A stretch of DNA of 40,594 nucleotides from a bacterium (GCA_031441465.1 JANOEP010000053.1:1-40594), one strand, 5' to 3'; shown: positions 12,424 to 27,514, counted from the stretch's first letter. The notes: generated by a model from the sequence alone, not told the origin. A program made the numbers and translations.

Positions 12424-13809
12424 ATGTCCACGCCCACCGACACCATCGTCGCGATCGCCACGGCGGCCGGGGAGGCCGGTCTGGCGATCGTGCGCCTGAG
12501 CGGCCCCGCCGCCCTGGACGTCGCCCGCCGCCTGGTCGGCGAGCGCGCGCTGCCGCGCGGGGGCGTCCGCTCCCACCTGGCGTTCGCCGCGACGCTGCGC
12601 GGCGGCGCCGCCGCGGACGAGGGCCGGGAGGTCCTCGACCACGGGCTCGTGCTGCCGATGCTCGCGCCGCGCTCGTACACCGGCGAGGACGTCGTCGAAC
12701 TCCACTGCCACGGCGGCGCCCTCTGCGCGCGGCGCGTGGTGCGCGCCTGCCGCGACGCCGGCGCCCGGCCGGCCGGCCCCGGCGAGTTCACGCGGCGCGC
12801 GTTCCTCAACGGGCGCCTGAGCCTCGACCAGGCCGAAGCCGTGGCCGACCTGATCCACGCCGAGGACGAACTCGCGGGCCGCGCCGCCCTGCGCCAACTG
12901 CGCGGCGGTCTGCGCCGCGACGTCGGGGCGATCGAGCGGCCGCTGCTGGACCTGCTCGCACGCCTCGAAGGCGGCCTCGAGTTCGAGGACGCCGACGCCG
13001 AGGCGTCCGCCGTGCCCCGCGCGGGCCTGCTGATCGTCCTGGACGCCGCGCTCGCCGCGCTCGCCCGGTTGCTGGCCGACGCCGACGCCGCACGGCGCGT
13101 GCGCGAGGGCGTGCACGTCGTCCTGCTGGGCGCGCCGAACGCGGGCAAGAGTTCCCTGTTCAACGCGCTGCTCGCGCAGGAGCGCGCCATGGTCGACGCG
13201 GAGCCCGGCACGACGCGCGACGTCGTCACCGCGCGCCTGCGCCACGGCGGCGTGGTCTTCGTGCTGCACGACACGGCCGGGCTACGGCCCGAGGGTGGTC
13301 GGATCGAAGCGCTCGGCATGACGCGCGCCCGCGAGGCGGCCGCCGCGGCCGACGTCGTGCTGCTGTTGTCGGACCTCACCGCGCCGGACGGGGAGGAGGT
13401 TGCCGTCGCCGCCGGTGTGACGATCCTGAAGGTCGCCACCAAGGCCGACCTCGCCGCCGCCGCGCGCCGCGATGCCGCCCGTGCGTCCGGTCGCGTCGTG
13501 ACCTCCGCGCACGACGGCGCCGGCCTCGACGAGCTGCGCGCAACCCTGCTCGCGGCGGCCGACGGCGAACGCCTGCGCGAGGTCGCGGACCTCGGCCACG
13601 TGTTCAACGAGCGTCAGCGTTACCGGCTCGCCGCCGCCAGGGACGAACTGGCAACCCTGCGGGACGAGGTTGCGCAGCGCGACGCGCCGGCCGAAGTTGC
13701 CGCCAGCCTGCTCGCGGGGATCCTCGCGGAGCTGGGCGAGGTGACCGGCCGGGTGTTCAGCGAACACCTGCTGGGTGAGGTCTTCGCCCGCTTCTGTGTC
13801 GGTAAGTAG
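12424..13809 (+). CDS. mnmE: tRNA modification GTPase MnmE
   Basis: DTIVAIAT, SYTGEDVVELHCHGG, GEFTRRAFLNG, GAPNAGKSS, GTTRD, DTAG, C-terminal FCVGK. Confidence 0.97.
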   Translation: MSTPTDTIVAIATAAGEAGLAIVRLSGPAALDVARRLVGERALPRGGVRSHLAFAATLRGGAAADEGREVLDHGLVLPMLAPRSYTGEDVVELHCHGGALCARRVVRACRDAGARPAGPGEFTRRAFLNGRLSLDQAEAVADLIHAEDELAGRAALRQLRGGLRRDVGAIERPLLDLLARLEGGLEFEDADAEASAVPRAGLLIVLDAALAALARLLADADAARRVREGVHVVLLGAPNAGKSSLFNALLAQERAMVDAEPGTTRDVVTARLRHGGVVFVLHDTAGLRPEGGRIEALGMTRAREAAAAADVVLLLSDLTAPDGEEVAVAAGVTILKVATKADLAAAARRDAARASGRVVTSAHDGAGLDELRATLLAAADGERLREVADLGHVFNERQRYRLAAARDELATLRDEVAQRDAPAEVAASLLAGILAELGEVTGRVFSEHLLGEVFARFCVGK

Positions 13810-13831
13810 AAGTCACCAAAGAAGATAGAAA

Positions 13832-15725
<1,894 letters not shown>

Positions 15726-15739
<14 letters not shown>

Positions 15740-16451
15740 GCTGCCCGCTCCGGGGCGCGAGGCCCTGGCTCACCATGGGGCCGAAGTCCTGCGCTGGAAC
15801 GCCCAGTTCAGCCTCATCTCCCGGGTCGCCCCCGAGCAGCGCCTGCTGGCCATGCAGCAGGAGTGCGAGGCGGCCTTCCGCGCGCTGCACGCGACCTGGA
15901 AGATGTTCGACTCCGGCGCGACGGAATCGGCCAGTCCCTTGCGGTACATCGATCTGGGCTCCGGCGGTGGTTTCCCTGGCCTGATTTGGCACGCCTGGCT
16001 CGTCCATGCCGGTCTGCCCGGCATGTCGCTCGCCCACACCCTCTTAATCGAGCCCCGCGACAAGCGGGCTTGGTTCCTTGAGCAGGTCGCCCTCGCCACG
16101 AAGTGGCAGATCGAGGTTCGTCGCCTTCACTGGGGCCGCCGTCAGTCCCCCTCTGTGCGGCCCCCGGCTCCTGCCCACGACCTGATCACCCTGAAAGCTT
16201 TGCGCCTCACCGACGAAGAAATTCTCATCGGCTGCCGCTGCGACCGCCCCGACAGCATTGCCCCCATCACGATCTGCCGCTTCTGTTCGGCTGAAGACGG
16301 AAATTCCGCAACCGCTACCGAGTTCGGCCTGGGCTTACCCGTGGGCGGCCCCCCTGGTGAGCCTGGTGCGCCCTTCAGTCTCAGCCTGCCCTTTGCTCAT
16401 GCCGCCGGCCAAGACGCGCTCCTGATCTCACATTACCCCGCAGGCGCCTGA
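15726..16451 (+). CDS. rsmG: Divergent 16S rRNA m7G527 methyltransferase RsmG (GidB)
   Basis: WNAQFSLI, SAM motif DLGSGGGFPG, IEPRDKRAWFL; position between mnmG and parA; C-terminal half atypical. Confidence 0.75.
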
Positions 16452-16476
16452 ACCTCCAAGGGGCGGCGGGACGGCA

Positions 16477-16492
16477 TGTTCTACGTGGAACA
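16477..16492. promoter_or_regulatory. parS site 1
   Basis: TGTTCTACGTGGAACA, near-palindrome close to consensus TGTTNCACGTGAAACA, upstream of parA. Confidence 0.9.
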
Positions 16493-16523
16493 CCTTCTCG
16501 CCCGGGGCGCCCGCCCGCCAAGA

Positions 16524-16539
16524 TGTTCCACGTAGAACA
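16524..16539. promoter_or_regulatory. parS site 2
   Basis: TGTTCCACGTAGAACA, exact reverse complement of site 1. Confidence 0.9.
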
Positions 16540-16566
16540 CCCGCCCGCCGGCCCGCGTCCCGCCGG

Positions 16567-16600
16567 TTATCAACAAGTTTTTACGCATGGCTGTGGATAA
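16567..16600. promoter_or_regulatory. Two DnaA boxes upstream of parA
   Basis: TTATCAACA 16567-16575 (1 mismatch) and TGTGGATAA 16592-16600 (perfect, reverse strand). Confidence 0.7.
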
Positions 16601-16693
16601 CCACCGGAATCGTCTGGACACGCCCCGCGCACAAGGAATACCTTTCAGCCCGCACCCTCGTCCCACACCGTCTCATCGCCGAGGAAGGGCCCC

Positions 16694-17503
16694 ATGGGCA
16701 GGATCATCGCCATCTCCAATCAGAAGGGCGGCGTCGGCAAAACGACGACGGCCGTCAACCTCAGCGCCAGCCTGGGAGCCGCCGAAAAGCGGACGCTGCT
16801 CCTGGATCTCGACCCCCAGGGAAATGCGACAAGTGGTTGCGGCATCGCCGAATACGACCTGACGAGCTACGAATTGCTGCTGGGGAATGCGTCCCTGGCG
16901 GACTGCGTTCGCACGACGGCGATCCCCTTCCTGGACGTGGTGCCGGCGGACCGCCGGCTGGCCGGCGCTGAGATCGAATTGGTGCCGCAGGTCAGCCGAG
17001 AGCGCTTCCTGGACAACGCCCTGGAGGCCGCGACCGACAGCTACGACTACGTCATCATCGACACACCGCCGAGCCTGGGCCTGCTGACGCTCAACGCCCT
17101 GACCGCGGCCGACGCTATACTTATCCCCATCCAGTGTGAATACTACGCCCTGGAGGGATTGAGCCAGCTCCTCAGTACTGTACAACTTGTGCAAAAGGGC
17201 CTGAACCCGGGCCTACGTATCGAAGGCGTGCTGTTGACGATGTACGACCGGCGACTGAAGCTCTCCAACCAGGTGGCCGCGGAGGCCGTCGACTATTTCG
17301 GCGAAACCGTCTACCGGACCCGGATCCCGCGCAACGTCAGGTTGAGCGAGGCGCCCTCCTTCGGGAAGCCGATCCTGCTTTACGACGTCGAATGCCAGGG
17401 CTCCCAGAGCTACATGGATCTGGCGTCCGAGGTGATCGCCAGGAACGATCGGCCGGCGGTTGCGCCCGTGCCGGGGTTGACGAGTCGCGAGGAGGCGTCA
17501 TGA
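16694..17503 (+). CDS. parA: Chromosome partitioning ATPase ParA/Soj
   Basis: NQKGGVGKTTT, DLDPQGNA, IDTPPSLG, PIQCEYYALEG, IPRNVRLSEAPSFG. Confidence 0.97.
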   Translation: MGRIIAISNQKGGVGKTTTAVNLSASLGAAEKRTLLLDLDPQGNATSGCGIAEYDLTSYELLLGNASLADCVRTTAIPFLDVVPADRRLAGAEIELVPQVSRERFLDNALEAATDSYDYVIIDTPPSLGLLTLNALTAADAILIPIQCEYYALEGLSQLLSTVQLVQKGLNPGLRIEGVLLTMYDRRLKLSNQVAAEAVDYFGETVYRTRIPRNVRLSEAPSFGKPILLYDVECQGSQSYMDLASEVIARNDRPAVAPVPGLTSREEAS

Positions 17504-18489
17504 ATCCCAGGCAAGACCGCGTGCTCGGCAGGGGCCTGTCGGCCCTGATCTCGGGCGCCGACCGCGCCGGCGGCAGCATCGGCGCCGGCCTGGGCGACCG
17601 CGAAGCGCGACTGATCGCGATCGGGGCGATCGGACTGAACCCCGACCAACCTCGCAAGCTGTTTAATGACAACGCATTACAGGAATTATCCGATTCGGTG
17701 CGCCAGGTCGGCATCCTGCAGCCCGTGCTGGTGCGGCGCCTGAAGGTCGGCGAGGCCGCCCCCCTGCACCTGTCCGCAAGGCTGGATCCGGAATCCCCGC
17801 CGGTCGCCGGCGCCGCGAAGCTGGAGTACTGCCTGGTGGCCGGCGAGCGCCGCCTGCGTGCGGCGAGCATGGCCGGCATCGCGGAGATCCCGGCCATCGT
17901 CTGCACCTACGAGGAGACCGAGGCCCTGAAGGTCGCCCTGCTCGAGAACATCCAGCGCGAGGACCTCAACCCCGTCGAGGAGGCCACGGCTTTCCAGCAG
18001 CTGCTCGAAGGCTACGGCGCGACCCAGGAGGAACTCGCCGTCATGCTGGGCAAGAGCCGCAGCGGCGTGGCGAACACGCTGCGCCTGCTCGCGCTCGACC
18101 AGGAGATCCTCGACATGGTGCGCGACGACCAGCTCAGCCGCGGCCACGCGAAGGTGCTGCTGGGCGTCGTCGATCCCGCCGCGAGGCTGCGGCTGGCGCG
18201 CCTCTGCCGCACGCGCGGCCTTTCGGTGCGCGAGTGCGAAGCGCGCGTGCGCGCACTGCTCGTCGCGGACGCCGGCGACAAGTCGCCGCGCGCGCGCTCG
18301 AAGCGCGGAGCCGTCGGCGAGAGCCGCGAGATCCGCGCGCTGCGCGAGCGGGCGGAAGCGATCCTCGGTTCGCCCGTGCAGATCGACCGCGGCGCCGACG
18401 CGAAAGGGGCGCTCACCATCAGGTTCTACTCGGACGACGACCTGCTGAGGATCCTCGCGGCCCTCGGCGTGGACACGGACCTGTCGTGA
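17500..18489 (+). CDS. parB: Chromosome partitioning protein ParB/Spo0J
   Basis: ATG at 17500 (ATGA overlap, GGAGG RBS); LGRGLSALI, NPDQPRK, AGERRLRA, ENIQREDLNPVEEA, HTH GKSRSGVANTLRLL. Confidence 0.97.
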   Translation: MNPRQDRVLGRGLSALISGADRAGGSIGAGLGDREARLIAIGAIGLNPDQPRKLFNDNALQELSDSVRQVGILQPVLVRRLKVGEAAPLHLSARLDPESPPVAGAAKLEYCLVAGERRLRAASMAGIAEIPAIVCTYEETEALKVALLENIQREDLNPVEEATAFQQLLEGYGATQEELAVMLGKSRSGVANTLRLLALDQEILDMVRDDQLSRGHAKVLLGVVDPAARLRLARLCRTRGLSVRECEARVRALLVADAGDKSPRARSKRGAVGESREIRALRERAEAILGSPVQIDRGADAKGALTIRFYSDDDLLRILAALGVDTDLS

Positions 18490-18502
18490 ACGGCGCGCGG
18501 AC

Positions 18503-19933
18503 GTGAAGGCCGCGAGTTCGCTGAAGTACTCGCGGCTGGCCGGCCTCGTGCGGCGCTGGCGACCGGACCCCCTGCTGGCGCTGCTGCTCGCCGCGACCGC
18601 GGCGCTGCTGGTGTTCGTCGTGGCCGGCTTCGTGCGCCAGTTCACGCACGTGCGCGGCGGCGGCGCCTTCCCCGCGGGCGCCGACTCGACGGGACCGCTG
18701 GGCCTCTGGTCGCAGGTCTGGGCCGTGGCCTCGATGGTCCTGTTCGTGGCGGTCGGCTGGGGGATCTGGGTCGTGGGGCGCCGTCGGCAGCTCGACCAGC
18801 TGCGGCTGCGGCGCTCGGAGCGGCGCTACCGCGACATCATCAACCACGCCGGCGAGGCGATCTTCCTGCTGGACGACCAGGGGCGCGTCCTGGAGTGGAA
18901 CAAGGCGGCCGAGAGCCTGTTCGCCGCGCCGCGCCGCAACGTGCTGCACCGCCCGTTCCGCGACATCCACCTCTGCTGCGCCGTGGAAATCGACCGCGCC
19001 ATGGTCGACGCCGACCGGCTGAACCGCAGCATGACCTACGAGTTTCCCCTGCGTCGCCGCGGCCAGCAGGAATCGGGGCAGATCTCGCTGATCGTCTCGC
19101 CGGTGGCGTCGGGCCCCGGGATGCGGCGCGGCGCGGACGAGGGGGGCGGCCACTTCGTGGTGATCGCCCGCGACATCACGTCGCAGAAGCATCTCGAAGA
19201 ACGCATGAGCGAGACCGAGAAACTCGCCGGCATCGGCCAGTTCGCCGCGGGCATCGCGCACCAGCTCAACACGCCGCTCGGCTCGATCCTGCTGTCGGCG
19301 CAGATGCTCGAGGAGAACGCCGGCAACCCCGACGACGTCGAGGACATCCAGCGCATCATCCGCCAGACCGAACAGTGCCGCACGATCATCAAGGGGCTGT
19401 TGAACTTCGCCCGGCCGTCGGGCAGCCTGCGCACGCAGCTCTCGTTGGCCGAGGTCGTGCGCGAGACCGTCTTCCTGATGGACAAGACCATCCGCACGCA
19501 GAACGTCGACGTGGTGCTGGAGATCCGCGCCGAGGGCGAGATCTACGGCAACCGCAACGAGATCGAACAGGTGGTCTTCAACCTGCTGGCCAACGCGTTG
19601 GACGCGCTGCCCGCGGGCGGCGTGGTGACGATCACGATCGCGGGCGGCGGCCGCGACGAAGTGAGCTTGCTGTTCGAGGACAGTGGCCCCGGCGTGCCGT
19701 CGGAGTCGCGCGAGCGGGTCTTTCTGCCCTTCTTCACGACCAAGGAATACGGCAAGGGCACAGGCCTGGGCCTGTCGATCGTGGCCCGCATCGTCCACGA
19801 GCACGGCGGGCATATCGATCTGCTGGAGGGAGAGGGCGCCCGGTTCCTCATGGTGTTTCCGCCCTGGCGTCCCGGCACGGGGGGGGCCGATGCGGCCGAA
19901 GGGCCGACCGGACCCGAGTCGCCGTCATCCTGA
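18503..19933 (+). CDS. Membrane-bound PAS-domain sensor histidine kinase (NtrB-like)
   Basis: Two TM segments, PAS (WNKAAESLF...RDIT), H-box AGIAHQLNTPL, N-box NLLANALDA, DSGPG, PFFTTK, GTGLGL. Confidence 0.93.
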   Translation: MKAASSLKYSRLAGLVRRWRPDPLLALLLAATAALLVFVVAGFVRQFTHVRGGGAFPAGADSTGPLGLWSQVWAVASMVLFVAVGWGIWVVGRRRQLDQLRLRRSERRYRDIINHAGEAIFLLDDQGRVLEWNKAAESLFAAPRRNVLHRPFRDIHLCCAVEIDRAMVDADRLNRSMTYEFPLRRRGQQESGQISLIVSPVASGPGMRRGADEGGGHFVVIARDITSQKHLEERMSETEKLAGIGQFAAGIAHQLNTPLGSILLSAQMLEENAGNPDDVEDIQRIIRQTEQCRTIIKGLLNFARPSGSLRTQLSLAEVVRETVFLMDKTIRTQNVDVVLEIRAEGEIYGNRNEIEQVVFNLLANALDALPAGGVVTITIAGGGRDEVSLLFEDSGPGVPSESRERVFLPFFTTKEYGKGTGLGLSIVARIVHEHGGHIDLLEGEGARFLMVFPPWRPGTGGADAAEGPTGPESPSS

Positions 19934-19978
19934 AGCGCATATCGGGGTTGAATTCCTGCGGGGTTCAGGTAACCTACG

Positions 19979-20009
19979 CGCGGCGGCGGCTTTCGGGGCC
20001 GCCGCCGCG
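19979..20009 (+). other. GC-rich stem-loop between kinase and bactofilin (terminator or 5'-UTR stem)
   Basis: 12-bp stem CGCGGCGGCGGC / GCCGCCGCCGCG with TTTCGGG loop; preceded by TTGAAT-16-TAACCT promoter-like motif (19948-19975). Confidence 0.55.
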
Positions 20010-20029
20010 GGTCACCGCACCAGGAGGAC

Positions 20030-20461
20030 GTGAACATGCTGGGCAAGGATTCCGACACGCACGAGACCGCAGGCAGCCAGACCTCGGTGCTGGCCCAGGG
20101 CTGCAGGTTCGAGGGCAAGGTGCACGCCGTCGGCACCCTGCGCGTCGAGGGCGAGTTCCGCGGCGAGATCGAGACCCCGGAGATGCTGGTGATCGGCAAG
20201 ACGGGCACCGTCCAGGCCAACGTGCGGGTCAAGAACGCCGTCATCGGCGGGCAGCTCTTCGGCAACATCATCGCCGAGAACAAGATCGAACTGCAGGGCG
20301 GCTCCCACGTCGAGGGCGACATCAAGACCAAACGCCTGGTCATCGACGAGGGCGTCTTCTTCGAGGGCAACTGCAGCATGGGTGGGCCGAAGCAGGCGCC
20401 GGGCGGTCCCGCGGCGACCCCGCGGCCCCCACAGCCGGGCGCCCCGGCGCCCCAGAAGTGA
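20030..20461 (+). CDS. Bactofilin (polymer-forming cytoskeletal protein)
   Basis: Beta-helix repeats SVLAQGCRFEGKV...LRVEGEFRGEI...LVIGKTGTVQANV...VEGDIKTKRLVIDEGVFFEGNCSM; AGGAGG RBS. Confidence 0.93.
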   Translation: MNMLGKDSDTHETAGSQTSVLAQGCRFEGKVHAVGTLRVEGEFRGEIETPEMLVIGKTGTVQANVRVKNAVIGGQLFGNIIAENKIELQGGSHVEGDIKTKRLVIDEGVFFEGNCSMGGPKQAPGGPAATPRPPQPGAPAPQK

Positions 20462-20572
20462 CCCAGAACGCCGTTAACAGGTGAAATGACTCCGATATTC
20501 GGTTGACAACCACGGTCGCCGGTAACTCATTGTGGGCGCCGACAAATGGCGCGGAGGGCGGGGAGGCAGCCA

Positions 20573-20797
20573 GTGAGACGCCGCCCGACCCAGCAGGAGC
20601 GCGGCCGCCAGTTGAGGGACGTGGGCACCTACACCGCGATCCCGATGATGCTGATCGCGGGGCCGGCCCTGGGCTACTTCCTGGGCACGCTGGCCGCCAA
20701 GCGCTGGGGCCACGCGCCGGCCTTCGAGGCCGGCGGCGCGATGCTCGGCCTCCTGGCTTCGGCCCGTCAGATCTGGTTGCTGCTGTCGCGGAAATGA
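20573..20797 (+). CDS. AtpZ/AtpI-family small membrane protein
   Basis: Two hydrophobic helices (GPALGYFLG...GAMLGLLA); first gene of atp operon; GTG at 20573 behind GGGAGG (alternative ATG 20546). Confidence 0.8.
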   Translation: MRRRPTQQERGRQLRDVGTYTAIPMMLIAGPALGYFLGTLAAKRWGHAPAFEAGGAMLGLLASARQIWLLLSRK

Positions 20798-20825
20798 ACG
20801 AGCGCGCGAGCGCGGCGGGGATGGC

Positions 20826-21230
20826 TTGGACACGACGCGGATGCTGTCCCGGGCGCGCCGGTGGACCCTGGCGGCGGCCGCCGCCGGCACCGGGGTGATG
20901 TTCCTCGTGGCGACGCCGCGGTCCGCGCTGAGTTTCCTGGGCGCCGCCGTCTGGGGCGTCGCGGGCTTCTGGTTGCTCGAGCGGCTGATCCGATCGGCGC
21001 TGGTCCCTCCCGGCGGGCCGCGCGACCGCCGCGCCCTGGTGGGCCTCGTGCTGGGGAAGGTGGCGCTGTACGCCCTGGGATTCTGGGCCTTGTTTTCCGG
21101 CGCCGCGGCGCCGACGGCCTGCGCCATGGGTTTTTCGCTCCTGTTGGTCGTGCTGGTCGTGGTCGGGGTCGTGCTCCGACCCGGACTGCAGCTCCCTCGT
21201 ACCGAGCCGCGGAGTCGCGATGACGAGTAA
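20826..21230 (+). CDS. ATP synthase subunit I-like membrane protein
   Basis: Four hydrophobic segments; directly upstream of and overlapping atpB. Confidence 0.7.
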   Translation: MDTTRMLSRARRWTLAAAAAGTGVMFLVATPRSALSFLGAAVWGVAGFWLLERLIRSALVPPGGPRDRRALVGLVLGKVALYALGFWALFSGAAAPTACAMGFSLLLVVLVVVGVVLRPGLQLPRTEPRSRDDE

Positions 21231-22209
21231 GCTGAAGAACCTGACGATCCTCGCCGTGGCCCTGGCCATGCTGGCCTTCGTCGCGCCCCCCGCGGGCGCG
21301 ACCGGCGACGAGCACGGCGACGCCGTCGCGACCGAGCGGGTTGCCGCTGATGAGCACGCCGCGACCGCCGAACACGCCACAACTGATGAACACGGAGCCG
21401 TCGCCGAGCACGCCGTCGCCGGCGCGCACGCGGAAGAGCACGACCCCTACCACCTGCCGAACTTCATCAGCATCTTCTGGGGCGACCGCCTGGCCGGCGA
21501 GAAGGCCGGCTTCCTGGACCCGCTGTTCTCGGCGCTGGCGGCGCTGATCATCATGACCGTGCTGCTGCGCGTGGCCTCGCGGCCCACGGACGAGCCGTCG
21601 CGCTTCCACGTGGCGATCGAGATGCTGGTGGACGGGCTGTACGGCCTGGTCGAGGGCGCGATCGGGCCGACCGCGCGCCGCTACACGCCGTACCTCGGCA
21701 CGCTGTTCATGTTCATCCTGATCAACAATTTCATGGGGCTGGTGCCGTTCCTGCACGCCTCGACCTCGAGCATCAACACGACGGCCTCGCTGGCGATCTG
21801 CACCTTCCTGTACGTGCAGTACGTCGGCATCAAGGAGAACGGCCCGCTGGGCTACCTGCACCACATGGCCGGGTCGCCGCGCTGCGGCATCGAGTGGGGC
21901 TTCGTGCCCCTGATGTTCCCGCTGCACGTGCTCGGCGAATTCATCAAGCCGCTGAGCCTGAGCCTGCGACTGTTCGGCAACATCATGGGCGAGGACAAGC
22001 TCCTGGCCGTGTTCGTGGTGCTGGGCGCGGGCATGCTCTCGTTCGCGCACCTGCCGTTCGGGCTGCCGATCCAGGTGCCCATCATGTTCCTGGCGATGCT
22101 GACCAGCACCATCCAGGCGCTGGTCTTCACGCTGCTGTCGACGATCTACATCGCCCTGATGCTCCCGCACGGCGACCACGAACACGCCGCGGCGGGGCAC
22201 GGGCACTGA
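21220..22209 (+). CDS. atpB: ATP synthase Fo subunit a with N-terminal signal-like and His/Glu-rich extension
   Basis: FILINNFMGLVP, KPLSLSLRLFGN (essential Arg), IQALVFTLLSTIYI. Confidence 0.96.
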   Translation: MTSKLKNLTILAVALAMLAFVAPPAGATGDEHGDAVATERVAADEHAATAEHATTDEHGAVAEHAVAGAHAEEHDPYHLPNFISIFWGDRLAGEKAGFLDPLFSALAALIIMTVLLRVASRPTDEPSRFHVAIEMLVDGLYGLVEGAIGPTARRYTPYLGTLFMFILINNFMGLVPFLHASTSSINTTASLAICTFLYVQYVGIKENGPLGYLHHMAGSPRCGIEWGFVPLMFPLHVLGEFIKPLSLSLRLFGNIMGEDKLLAVFVVLGAGMLSFAHLPFGLPIQVPIMFLAMLTSTIQALVFTLLSTIYIALMLPHGDHEHAAAGHGH

Positions 22210-22259
22210 ATGAGTAAGTCCGACCCGTCAACCACGACCGTGAAAGGTGAGGAGGAGAC

Positions 22260-22490
22260 ATGGAGAACAACCTGCTAGGACTGGCCCTGCCCTTGGGCGT
22301 CGGCATCGCCGCCGTCGGTTCGGGCCTCGGCCTGGGCCGCGCCATCGGCTCCGCGATGGAGGCCATGGGCCGCCAGCCCGAGGCCATCGGCCAGATCCAG
22401 ACCGCGATGATCATCGGCTGCGCCTTCATCGAGGCGTTGACGATCTACGCGCTGCTGTCGGTCATCCTGCTGATGGGCAAGCTGGGCTGA
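22260..22490 (+). CDS. atpE: ATP synthase Fo subunit c (H+-type signature)
   Basis: GSGLGLG, RQPE loop, FIEALTIY; lacks the Q...ES/T Na+-binding residues. Confidence 0.97.
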   Translation: MENNLLGLALPLGVGIAAVGSGLGLGRAIGSAMEAMGRQPEAIGQIQTAMIIGCAFIEALTIYALLSVILLMGKLG

Positions 22491-22584
22491 CAGGCCGCCG
22501 ACGGGGGCCCGTGACGACGGCGGTCCGCGGGGCCCTTCGCGGGGCCATGGCGACCGCGACCATTCGAGCGCGAAAGGTTCGGAC

Positions 22585-23076
22585 ATGCATCTGGACATCA
22601 GGGTCATCCTGACGAACGTGATCGGCTTCGTGATCGTCGTCTGGGTGCTCGGGAAGTACGCCTGGAAGCCGATCCTCGATCTGCTCGACGCGCGGCGCGC
22701 CAAGATCCGCGACGACTTCGCCAAGGCGGATACGGCGCGGGGCGAGGCGCAGACGCTGCGCGGCGAGTTCGAGGTGAAGCTGGGCGACATCAAGGTCATC
22801 GAGCGCGAGCGGGTGCAGGAGGCGGTCAAGCGCGGCGAGGAGATCGCCGAGCGGATCAAGACCGAAGCCCGCGACAGGGCCGACGCCACGCTCGACAAGG
22901 CGCGCCAGGACATCGACGTCGAGGCCCACAAGGCCCAGGTCGTCCTGCGCGACGAGGTGGTGACCCTGGCCGTCGCCTCGACCGAGATGCTGCTGAACAC
23001 CAGGCTCGACCCGGAGACGCACCGCCGTCTCGTGCGCGAGTACATCGACAGCCTCGGGGAGATGCCGCATGCGTGA
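22585..23076 (+). CDS. atpF: ATP synthase Fo subunit b
   Basis: N-terminal TM, KYAWKPI..LLDARRAKI, coiled coil. Confidence 0.95.
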   Translation: MHLDIRVILTNVIGFVIVVWVLGKYAWKPILDLLDARRAKIRDDFAKADTARGEAQTLRGEFEVKLGDIKVIERERVQEAVKRGEEIAERIKTEARDRADATLDKARQDIDVEAHKAQVVLRDEVVTLAVASTEMLLNTRLDPETHRRLVREYIDSLGEMPHA

Positions 23077-23617
23077 CCGCGGCGTCGAGACGCGCTACGC
23101 CCGCGCCCTGCTGCTCGCCGCCCGCGAGGCCGGCGAGCTGGAGGGCGTGGCCGAGTCGTTCGTCGGCGTGATCGCCGCGCTCGGACAGAACCCGGCGCTG
23201 GTCGCCTTCCTCGAGGGCCCCCAGGTCGCCCACGACGAGAAGATCGCCCTGGTCCGCAAGCTGTTCACCGGCCGCGTCGAGGCGACGCTGCTGCACTTCC
23301 TGCTGCTGCTGATCGACAAGAACCGCGTCGTGCACGTCGGCGAGATCCAGCGGGAGTTCGCGGCCATGGTCGAGGAGTCGCAGGGCCTGTCCCGCGCGGC
23401 CGTCGTCACGGCCGTGCCGCTGCCCGACGACCTCGAGCGCGACCTGACCGCCAAGCTCGAGAAGCTCACCGGCCGCCGGCTGATCCTGACCAAGACCGTG
23501 GACCCCGCCGTGCTCGGGGGCGTCCGCGTGACCATGGGCGACCGCGTGATCGACGGGACCGTCAGGACGAACCTGGACAAGCTGCGCGCGCAACTGTTCC
23601 GGACGAACGTTCGCTAG
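23069..23617 (+). CDS. atpH: ATP synthase F1 subunit delta
   Basis: RYARAL, VDPAVLGGVRV.MGDRVIDGTV. Confidence 0.96.
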   Translation: MRDRGVETRYARALLLAAREAGELEGVAESFVGVIAALGQNPALVAFLEGPQVAHDEKIALVRKLFTGRVEATLLHFLLLLIDKNRVVHVGEIQREFAAMVEESQGLSRAAVVTAVPLPDDLERDLTAKLEKLTGRRLILTKTVDPAVLGGVRVTMGDRVIDGTVRTNLDKLRAQLFRTNVR

Positions 23618-23662
23618 AACCCGCGGCGCCGGCCGCCTGCCGCCAGACCGAGGAGACCCGCC

Positions 23663-25174
<1,512 letters not shown>

Positions 25175-25184
25175 GAGGCCGTTC

Positions 25185-27511
<2,327 letters not shown>

Positions 27512-27514
27512 CCG

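Noticed and set aside
20503..20532. Canonical sigma70 promoter for the atp operon
   Set aside because: TTGACA is present, but I find no convincing -10 at 16-18 bp; not called as a feature
22260..22490. Na+-translocating ATP synthase
   Set aside because: Subunit c lacks the Gln and Ser/Thr of the Na+-binding signature (GLGLG, EALTIY)
22491..22584. GC-rich hairpins between atpE and atpF as an ncRNA
   Set aside because: Short imperfect stems are consistent with ordinary mRNA stability elements; no evidence for an independent RNA
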